Source: Pseudodesulfovibrio mercurii (GTDB lineage Bacteria > Desulfobacterota > Desulfovibrionia > Desulfovibrionales > Desulfovibrionaceae). From it: a DNA stretch of 32,000 nucleotides. Within the stretch, counting starts at the first letter, position 1, and the number at the start of each line of letters is the position of its first letter. The notes beneath the pieces are model-generated. The model was not told the DNA's origin. It searched no databases and saw only the letters and a list, made by a program, of their open reading frames with translations. The position numbers were made by a program, and so were the translations under genes. The stretch spans positions 1,740,001-1,772,000 of the forward strand of contig NC_016803.1 in the NCBI RefSeq assembly GCF_000189295.2, written 5' to 3'. Below, piece after piece: positions 19,089-26,027 of the stretch.

Positions 19089-20003
19089 ATGTTGCGGAAA
19101 TCCATCCATGCGGGCGGGCCGCTGCTCATCCTCTCCGGCGCGCTCTGTTTCAGCACCACGGGCTTCGCCTCCGCGCTGGTGGTCGCCGACGGAGCCTCCG
19201 TGCTCGCCGTCGGCGCCGTACGCATGCTGATCGGCGGCGCGGCACTGGCAGCCTGGTGCGCCTGGCGGGGCATCCTGCCGAAACGAGGCAGCTGGAGCGC
19301 GCGGGACCTGCTGCCGCCCACCCTTGCCCTGGCCGCCTATCAACTGCTTTTCTTCAAGGGAACGAATACGGCGGGCGTGGCCCTGGGCACGGTGATGAGC
19401 ATCGGCATCTCGCCCATCGCCGTCGCCGTACTGAACTGGATCGTCAACGCGGAAAGACCGGCGCGAGCGTGGTATCCGGCCACCATCGTCGCCCTGTTCG
19501 GCCTGGTGCTCCTGAACTGGACGGACGGCTCGCCGGACCGGCTTCGCTCCCTGCTGCCTTCCATCGGGGCCGGGTTCGCGTACGCCGTCTACGTGGTTTT
19601 CAGCAAGCCATTGCTGCGCTACGCCCCGGAAACCGGCATCATGGAGGTTTGTCTGCTGTGCGGCCTCTGCCTTTCGCCGTTTCTCTTCCTGTCGCCCATG
19701 CGCTGGCTGGCCTCGGGCACGGGCATTGCCGTTGCGCTGGACCTCGGCTTGGTCACGGCCGCTCTCGCGTTCACGCTCATGCTCGGCGGGCTCCGCACCA
19801 CTCCGGCTCCGACGGCCGCCACCCTGGGACTGGCCGAACCGCTCTGCGCCGCGCTGCTCGGCTTCCTTTGCCTGAACGAGGCGGTCACGCCGCATGCGGT
19901 CGTCGGCATCGCCTGTCTCATGGGAGGAGCCCTGATCCTCTCTGTCTGGCCATCTCCTTGCAATTCGTTGAACAATCGGCCAAAAATCCATAACCGGACG
20001 TGA
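19089..20003 (+). CDS. DMT-superfamily (EamA/RhaT-like) transporter
   Basis: 304 aa, about 10 TM segments, two EamA-like halves (ILSGALCFSTTG...; GAGFAYAVYVVFSKPLL...). Confidence 0.82.
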   Translation: MLRKSIHAGGPLLILSGALCFSTTGFASALVVADGASVLAVGAVRMLIGGAALAAWCAWRGILPKRGSWSARDLLPPTLALAAYQLLFFKGTNTAGVALGTVMSIGISPIAVAVLNWIVNAERPARAWYPATIVALFGLVLLNWTDGSPDRLRSLLPSIGAGFAYAVYVVFSKPLLRYAPETGIMEVCLLCGLCLSPFLFLSPMRWLASGTGIAVALDLGLVTAALAFTLMLGGLRTTPAPTAATLGLAEPLCAALLGFLCLNEAVTPHAVVGIACLMGGALILSVWPSPCNSLNNRPKIHNRT

Positions 20004-20026
20004 GAAGCGAATGGAGAGAATGAACG

Positions 20027-21523
20027 ATGAAGGACTTCGACATAGGCACACTGCGTAACGTCAGCCGAAAAATCGTTTTGACACCAGAAATGCAGGCCCT
20101 ATGGGAATCCATGGCCGTAGGGGTAGCCGTGGTCAACGCCCAGGGCGTCTGCGAATACATGAACTCCATACAGCGCCGCACGGATGGGTTCACCCACATC
20201 AACGTAGTGGGCCAACACATCACGAACCTCTATCTCCCCCACGAACGCGATCTCATTCCGACCATGGAGTGCCTCCAGAAGAAGGCCCCCCTGCTGAAAC
20301 GCGCCTACTGGTACAAGACCACGAACAACTATCTGGCCAGCACGGTCACCGATTTTTTCCCTCTCTTCGACAACGGCGAAATAGACGGCTGCATCGCGTT
20401 CATCATCTGGCTCGGCCCCACCCTGATCAATGGCAAACGGGACAGATGCAAGGCCCCGGCCTTTTCCGGCCATACCTCCGGCCTCTATACCTTTGACAGC
20501 ATCGTGGGCCGCAACGCGCAGCTGCTTGACGTCATCCATGCGGCCAAGGCCGCCGCGAAGACCTCGGCATCGGTCATGATCTGGGGAGAATCGGGTGTGG
20601 GCAAGGAGGTTTTCGCCCAAGGCATCCACTCCGAAAGCGAGCGAAGCGGCAAGCCGTTCATCCCCGTCAACTGCGCGGCCATTCCGGAGAACCTGCTGGA
20701 AGGCATTCTGTTCGGCACCGTCAAGGGAGCCTATACCGACGCCACGGACAAGGCCGGCCTTTTCGAAAAGGCCGACGGCGGCACCCTCCTGCTCGACGAG
20801 CTGAACTCCATGCCCCTGACCCTGCAGACCAAGCTGTTGCGGGTTCTGCAGGAAAAACGCGTCTGCCGCCTCGGCTCCTATTCGGAGATTCCGGTGGATG
20901 TCCGCATCGTCAGCGTGCTGAACGAGCCGCCCCTGGCCGCCGTGGAGCGCGGCATCCTGCGCCTCGATCTCTTCTACCGGCTGGCCGTGGTCGGTCTGGA
21001 GATTCCGCCCCTGCGCGAGCGCAAGGACGACATCCCCATCCTGGCCCACTCCTTCGTCGAGGTCTCGGATCTGCGCGCCGATCACAAGTCGATCCGTTTC
21101 TCGGACGACGTGTTCCAGCAATTCCTGGAATACAGCTGGCCGGGCAACATCCGCGAGTTGGCGCACGTCATCGAATGCTGTCTGGTCATGCTCGGTTCCG
21201 CGGACGTCATCACCGACTCGTGTCTGCCGCCGCACTTCCGGAAGGCGCACATGCATGCGGAACACGCTGCCGCACCGGCGGCCTCCACCGCGTCCGTTCC
21301 GGTCGAAGCGAGCGCCGTCAGGTCCTATTTCGACTACGCCGAGGTGCAGCGCGGCGAGGTCGTCCCCCTCAAGCAATGTCTGAACGACTATGAGCGCCAC
21401 TGCATCCAGAACGTGCTGCGCGTGACCGGCGGCAACGTCGCCAAGGCCGCCCGCATCTTCCGGATGACGGCGGCTGGCCTTCGGTACCGCATCAAGACGC
21501 TCGACATCTCCGACGGCTACTGA
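20027..21523 (+). CDS. Sigma54-dependent transcriptional activator (PAS sensor - AAA+ - Fis-type HTH)
   Basis: Walker A GESGVGKE. GAFTGA-region variant FGTVKGAYTDA. GGTLLLDEL, LLRVLQEKRVCRLGS, WPGNIRELAHVIE. C-terminal HTH GGNVAKAARIFRMTAAGLRYRIK. N-terminal PAS-like region, no receiver domain. Confidence 0.9.
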   Translation: MKDFDIGTLRNVSRKIVLTPEMQALWESMAVGVAVVNAQGVCEYMNSIQRRTDGFTHINVVGQHITNLYLPHERDLIPTMECLQKKAPLLKRAYWYKTTNNYLASTVTDFFPLFDNGEIDGCIAFIIWLGPTLINGKRDRCKAPAFSGHTSGLYTFDSIVGRNAQLLDVIHAAKAAAKTSASVMIWGESGVGKEVFAQGIHSESERSGKPFIPVNCAAIPENLLEGILFGTVKGAYTDATDKAGLFEKADGGTLLLDELNSMPLTLQTKLLRVLQEKRVCRLGSYSEIPVDVRIVSVLNEPPLAAVERGILRLDLFYRLAVVGLEIPPLRERKDDIPILAHSFVEVSDLRADHKSIRFSDDVFQQFLEYSWPGNIRELAHVIECCLVMLGSADVITDSCLPPHFRKAHMHAEHAAAPAASTASVPVEASAVRSYFDYAEVQRGEVVPLKQCLNDYERHCIQNVLRVTGGNVAKAARIFRMTAAGLRYRIKTLDISDGY

Positions 21524-21568
21524 GCCGCCTTCGCCGACACCACCGACCCGCCCCGGCGGCCGGGCGAA

Positions 21569-21597
21569 AGGAATCTTTTCTAAAAGAAAGATTTCCT
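21569..21597. promoter_or_regulatory. Candidate UAS (imperfect palindrome AGGAATCTTTTCT-AAA-AGAAAGATTTCCT)
   Basis: Centred about 104 bp upstream of the 21686 sigma54 promoter. Shares its core with the 17278-17310 site. Confidence 0.4.
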
Positions 21598-21685
21598 CCT
21601 AATCGCAAAGAGATATTGCTCTCCCTCATCGGGGTTTTCTCTAAAATAGTCCCAAAAATCAAGGATGTTAAGCAAAACACCCGAC

Positions 21686-21701
21686 TGGCACGCCTTGTGC
21701 T
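21686..21701 (+). promoter_or_regulatory. Sigma54 promoter TGGCACGCCTTGTGCT
   Basis: The -24 element TGGCACG is exact. The -12 element is GTGC instead of TTGC, with correct spacing. About 65 nt upstream of ATG 21767. Confidence 0.6.
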
Positions 21702-21766
21702 ACCCGGCAAGGTATTCGCCCCATTTGCGGCGTAAATGTACAAAACCCAAACCGGGAGAAATCGCT

Positions 21767-24268
21767 ATGACGCAAATCGAGTCCAACAACTCCAAGAAGC
21801 AGGCCATAGATGCAGTGGCGAGCATGCCTTTCGACATGACAAAGGTGGCCACAGGCCCCACGGCGTACAAGATCAACTGGGAGACGATTAACGCGAGGTT
21901 CAAGGAATACAAGGACTTTTTAATGGAAGCGCCTCAGGTGATGGACCCGGAGCGCCTCCAGTTCCTGCACGATGTATACACCGAGTACAACGGTGAGCCC
22001 GTTGTATACATCCGCGCCAGGCTGCTTGAGCGGGTGCTGACCCAGAAGAAGATTTTTCTCGACGGCAACCCCATCGTCGGCACCCTCACGGGCACGCGTT
22101 GCGGCGTCTATCCCTATCCGGAGTGGAACGTCCAGTGGATCAAGGACGAGATGCAGATGGCCAAGATGACGTCTCTTGGCGAAATGAAGATTCCCCGGGA
22201 GACCGAGGACCTGCTGAAGCAGACCTACAAGGAATGGAAGGGACGCACCTGCATCGACCTGAACAACAAGATGTTCAAGGATATGTTCGGGTTCGATTCG
22301 CACCCCTACCACAAGGCCGGCATGTTCTACGAGAACGTCAGCGTGGCCAGCGGCTCCGGCATCGCCGACTACCCCAAGGTCCTGAACCACGGCATGCGCG
22401 CCGTTCTCGACGACCTGAAGGAGCGCCTGCGCAATTGTCCCACCACGCTGGCGGACAAGGAGCGTTTCGACCTCTACCGTTCCATGATCGTGGTCTGCGA
22501 GGCCGTCATCGCCCATTCGCACCGCTACGCCGAACTGGTGGAAAATGCCGCCGCCGAGGAGACCGACCCCAAGAACAAGGCCGAACTCCTGGAGATCGCG
22601 GAGATCTGCCGCCGCGTGCCCGAATTCCCGGCCCGCAACTTCCGCGAGGCCATCCAGTCCTTCTGGTTCATGCACGTGTGCATCGAGACCGAGCAGATGG
22701 CCTGCGCCACCTCGCCCGGCCGTTTCGGCCAGTACATGTATCCCTTCTACAAGAAGGACATCGAAGAGGGTAAGCTGAACCGTGAGCAGGTCGTGGCCCT
22801 GCTGAAGCTGCAATGGATCAAGCACATGGAGCTGGCCGAGTACCAGGGCGGCTCCTACGCCAAGACCCTTTCCGGCCACACCGGCCAGACCATGACCATC
22901 GGCGGCCTGGACAAGGACGGACGCGACGCCAGCACCGAACTCGAGGTGTTGCTGCTCGAGACCCAGATCCAAGCGCGCGGCATCCAGCCGACCCTGACCC
23001 TGCTCTATCATCCGAAGCTGTCCGAGTCCTACATGGGCAAGGTCGTGCAGTGCATCCGCGGCGGCTCGGGCCAGCCCCAGATCCTCAACAACACCGCCGT
23101 GATCGAGCGCACCCTGGCCCGTTTCGCCCAATACAAGGACGGCATCACCCTGGAGGACGCCCGCAACTGCGGCAACTACGGCTGCGTATCCACCGGCATC
23201 TGCGGCAAGGGCAGCTTCATCACCCAGGAGGACCAGCCCTGTCTCGCCAAGATCATAGAAATGGTGATGTACAACGGCAAGGACCCGCGGACCAAGAAGC
23301 AACTGGGCGTGGAGACCGGCGACATCACCTCGTTCCAGAGCTTCGATGAGCTGTACGACGCCTACAAGTGCCAGTTGAAGCACCTCTTCACCGTCTCGCG
23401 CAAGCATTCCGACCTGTCGCAGATGGCCCGCCTCCAGGTGGTTCCCAGCGTGCTGCGCTCGGTGATGTACGACGGCTGCATCGAAAAGGGCATGTGCGAG
23501 GAGGCCGGGGGAACCCGCTATCCGCAGGTCAACCCGATCATGACCGCCGGTATCGACGCGGCGAACTCGCTGCTGGCCATCAAGCACCTCGTCTTCGACA
23601 CCAGAAAGATCACCATGGAGCAGCTCATGACGGCCATCAAGGCCAACTTCGAGGGATACGAGGACATCCGCAAGATGTGCTACGACGCGCCCAAGCACGG
23701 CAACGACTATCCGGAGATCGAGGAATTCGTGCAGCAGTACTACCACGACGTGGACGAAATCCACAATTCCATCGGCCCCGATTGTTTCGGCTACCGCACT
23801 CCGCTCGACGCCTACTCCCTGTCGTACCACAACTACTTCGGCGCGCTCATGGGAGCGCTTCCGACCGGCCGCAAGGCGGGTGTCGCCCTCACCGACGGCT
23901 CGGTCTCGGCCATGCCCGGCACGGACCACGAGGGCATAACCGCCCTGATCAAGGCCGGCGCGACGGCCATCGACACCGTCCGCTACGGCGCGAACCACTT
24001 CAACGTCAAGCTGGTCCCCGCCGCCCTTGAAGGCCCGGCCGGCACGCGTCTGCTGAGCTCGCTGCTCAAGACATACTGTGATCTCGGCGGCTCGCACATC
24101 CAGTTCAACGTGGTAACGTCCGCCACCCTGAAGAAGGCTCAGGAGGTCCCCCAGGAATACAAGGATCTCGTGGTCCGAGTGGCGGGCTTCAGCGCCTACT
24201 TCACCCGTTTGGACAAGGGCGTCCAGGATGAAATCGTGAAGCGTACCGAATACTCGCAGGCCTGTTAG
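21767..24268 (+). CDS. Glycyl radical enzyme (PFL2-type), substrate unknown
   Basis: Start MTQIESNN (ATG 21767, GGGAGA RBS), 833 aa. Glycyl radical motif VVRVAGFSAYF (Gly807 by my count). Cys loop NCGNYGCVSTG (Cys473), 334 residues upstream of the Gly. LPTGRKAG motif. Confidence 0.92.
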   Translation: MTQIESNNSKKQAIDAVASMPFDMTKVATGPTAYKINWETINARFKEYKDFLMEAPQVMDPERLQFLHDVYTEYNGEPVVYIRARLLERVLTQKKIFLDGNPIVGTLTGTRCGVYPYPEWNVQWIKDEMQMAKMTSLGEMKIPRETEDLLKQTYKEWKGRTCIDLNNKMFKDMFGFDSHPYHKAGMFYENVSVASGSGIADYPKVLNHGMRAVLDDLKERLRNCPTTLADKERFDLYRSMIVVCEAVIAHSHRYAELVENAAAEETDPKNKAELLEIAEICRRVPEFPARNFREAIQSFWFMHVCIETEQMACATSPGRFGQYMYPFYKKDIEEGKLNREQVVALLKLQWIKHMELAEYQGGSYAKTLSGHTGQTMTIGGLDKDGRDASTELEVLLLETQIQARGIQPTLTLLYHPKLSESYMGKVVQCIRGGSGQPQILNNTAVIERTLARFAQYKDGITLEDARNCGNYGCVSTGICGKGSFITQEDQPCLAKIIEMVMYNGKDPRTKKQLGVETGDITSFQSFDELYDAYKCQLKHLFTVSRKHSDLSQMARLQVVPSVLRSVMYDGCIEKGMCEEAGGTRYPQVNPIMTAGIDAANSLLAIKHLVFDTRKITMEQLMTAIKANFEGYEDIRKMCYDAPKHGNDYPEIEEFVQQYYHDVDEIHNSIGPDCFGYRTPLDAYSLSYHNYFGALMGALPTGRKAGVALTDGSVSAMPGTDHEGITALIKAGATAIDTVRYGANHFNVKLVPAALEGPAGTRLLSSLLKTYCDLGGSHIQFNVVTSATLKKAQEVPQEYKDLVVRVAGFSAYFTRLDKGVQDEIVKRTEYSQAC

Positions 24269-24283
24269 GGCTCCACTACCTCA

Positions 24284-24322
24284 GGGGGTGCGCCGCCCCC
24301 AACCTCCCGGCGGCGCACCCCC
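24284..24322 (+). promoter_or_regulatory. Strong intercistronic stem-loop between the GRE and activase genes
   Basis: Perfect 14-bp stem GGGGGTGCGCCGCC / GGCGGCGCACCCCC with an 11-nt loop and no U-tract (followed by CCTTGATCC). Confidence 0.6.
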
Positions 24323-24352
24323 CCTTGATCCACAAACGATCGGGAGCGATCC

Positions 24353-25249
24353 ATGTTGAAAGGAATGGTTTACAACATCCAGCGCATGTCGGTGCAGGAC
24401 GGACCGGGGCTGCGCACCACCGTCTTTCTGAAAGGCTGCCCGCTGCGCTGCCTCTGGTGCAGCAACCCGGAGTCCCAGGCGTTCACCCCGCAGCTGATGT
24501 ATTTCGAAAATCTCTGCACGGGATGCGGCGCCTGCGAAACGGCCTGTCCGAACGGAGCCGTGACCCGGCTGCGGAACGGCAAGTTCGGACGCGATCCGGA
24601 GCAATGCACGGACTGCGGCGCCTGTGCGTCCGTGTGCCCCAGCGGCGCGCGCGACATGTCGGGCAGGCCGATGACCGTCGAGGAGGTCATGCAGGTCGTT
24701 CGCAAGGACGGGACGTTCTACCTCAACTCCGGCGGCGGCGTGACCTTCGGCGGCGGAGAACCCACGGCAGGCGGGGATTTCTTCCTCTCCCTGCTCGAAC
24801 AGGCGCACAACGAGGCCTACCACTGCACGGTGGACACCTGCGGCCAGTGCCCGGAGGACCGCTTCCGGAAAACCATCGAGTTGGCGGACCTGCTGCTCTT
24901 CGACTGCAAACATATGGACCCCGCCCGGCACAGGGAACTGACCGGGCAGGACAACACGCTCATCCTGAAGAACCTTCGCAACGCCCTGAGCTCCGACACG
25001 CCGGTGCGCATCCGCATGCCGCTCATGCCCGGCCTGAACGATACGGAGGAAAACCTGGCGGCCATGGCCGATTTCCTGGGGGGCTTCGGCCTCCGGGAAG
25101 TCGAGGTCATGCCCTGCCACTTTTTCGGCCGCAACAAATATCTCGCCTTGAATCGGGCTCTACCCCTCGTGCGTCAGTACGAACCCGATGAGTTCAAGGC
25201 GATCAACGAACGCTTCCTGCGCCACGGCCTCAGGCCGGTCGTCGTGTAG
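24353..25249 (+). CDS. Glycyl-radical enzyme activating protein (radical SAM)
   Basis: GPGLRTTVFLKGCPLRCLWCSNPE (CX3CX2C). Two ferredoxin-like motifs, CTGCGACETACP and CTDCGACASVCP. GGGVTFGGGEP. 298 aa. Confidence 0.92.
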   Translation: MLKGMVYNIQRMSVQDGPGLRTTVFLKGCPLRCLWCSNPESQAFTPQLMYFENLCTGCGACETACPNGAVTRLRNGKFGRDPEQCTDCGACASVCPSGARDMSGRPMTVEEVMQVVRKDGTFYLNSGGGVTFGGGEPTAGGDFFLSLLEQAHNEAYHCTVDTCGQCPEDRFRKTIELADLLLFDCKHMDPARHRELTGQDNTLILKNLRNALSSDTPVRIRMPLMPGLNDTEENLAAMADFLGGFGLREVEVMPCHFFGRNKYLALNRALPLVRQYEPDEFKAINERFLRHGLRPVVV

Positions 25250-25272
25250 CGGATAAAAAAAACGAGGAACGC

Positions 25273-25569
25273 ATGTTTACCCTGAACGCGGCGGACGCCA
25301 TTCTCGAAAGGCTCCGCGAGATACTTGAGGACGAGGACGAAGGCGTCTGTGTCCGCCTGCGCGAATACAGCGTCGGCGGTGGATGACACAGCAAGGTCGT
25401 GCTTGGTCTAGGCACGGACGAACCCGATGAGGAGGACGACGAACGGATCGACGTGAAGGGCGTCCCGTTCATCGCCGAAAAGGACTTTCTGCTGAATCAC
25501 GGCGGAAACTACGAATTGACCCTGAACGAAGACCAGCAAATGGTCTTGAACGCGCTCGCGGGAGCGTGA
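25273..25569 (+). CDS. HesB/IscA-like small selenoprotein (in-frame TGA at 25384-25386 read as Sec38)
   Basis: ATG 25273 lies 23 nt after the activase stop. Hand translation: MFTLNAADAILERLREILEDEDEGVCVRLREYSVGGG-U-HSKVVLGLGTDEPDEEDDERIDVKGVPFIAEKDFLLNHGGNYELTLNEDQQMVLNALAGA, 98 codons. Collinear with the 98-aa paralog at 25634, where Cys38 aligns with the TGA. Absent from the ORF track. Confidence 0.7.
25396..25419 (+). promoter_or_regulatory. SECIS-like hairpin downstream of the TGA
   Basis: GUCGUGC / GCACG(G)AC stem of 7 bp with one bulge, and a 9-nt loop UUGGUCUAG. The stem starts 10 nt after the UGA. GGUC occupies +22 to +25 relative to the U of UGA. Confidence 0.5.
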
Positions 25570-25633
25570 CCGGAACCGGCTGCGGCGTCGGCGCGGCAGA
25601 GGGCCATCCCCGCAAGCGCGAAAAGGAGAAGAC

Positions 25634-25930
25634 ATGTTCACAGTGGATACGACGAAAGAGCTTCTCGAAAAGCTTCGCGCCCTGTTGGCGGAGGAAGACC
25701 CGGAGACCTGCGTGCGCCTGCGCGAGTACAATGCCGGATGCGGCTGCAACAGCAAGATCCGGCTCGGCCTGGGGCTGGACGAGCCTGAAGATGAGGACGA
25801 ACGGATCAGCGTGCGGGAAATCCCGTTTATCGCGGAAAAGGATTTTCTGCTGAAGCACGGCAGATCCTATGCTCTGGCTTTCGACGAAAATAGGGAAACC
25901 GTCCTCACCGCGCTGGATGCGTCGGATTAG
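25634..25930 (+). CDS. HesB/IscA-like small protein, Cys-containing paralog
   Basis: 98 aa: MFTVDTTKELLEKLRALLAEEDPETCVRLREYNAGCGCNSKIRLGLGLDEP...IPFIAEKDFLLKHG. GAAAAGGAGAAGAC upstream of the ATG. Resembles the N-terminal two thirds of IscA/HesB (xRLxVxxxGCxG) and lacks the C-terminal CGC. Confidence 0.8.
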   Translation: MFTVDTTKELLEKLRALLAEEDPETCVRLREYNAGCGCNSKIRLGLGLDEPEDEDERISVREIPFIAEKDFLLKHGRSYALAFDENRETVLTALDASD

Positions 25931-25987
25931 GCCGAAGCCGCCCGGCGAAGCCGGCCGCATTCCCGCACCGCAATCCGGCGCACCACC

Positions 25988-26027
25988 AATCCCCCTTCCG
26001 ATGGCCGGAAGGGGGATTCCCTTTTCC
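25988..26027 (+). terminator. Terminator of the GRE operon (AATCCCCCTTCCG-ATGGC-CGGAAGGGGGATT then CCCTTTTCC)
   Basis: Perfect 13-bp stem followed by an interrupted T tract. Confidence 0.6.

Noticed and set aside
21920-24097. 725-aa minus-strand ORF opposite the GRE gene, plus several 70-220-aa plus-strand alternate-frame ORFs
   Set aside because: Shadow ORFs with no recognisable domains. The GRE frame is continuous and carries the Gly-radical and Cys-loop motifs.
21767-24268. Calling the GRE an isethionate/DHPS sulfite-lyase, choline lyase or hydroxyproline dehydratase
   Set aside because: The Cys loop is G-C-V-S-T rather than the G-C-V-E that I recall for those enzymes. Pathway partners are absent (sulfoacetaldehyde reductase, TRAP transporter, BMC shell, P5C reductase). 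A specific function would be over-annotation.
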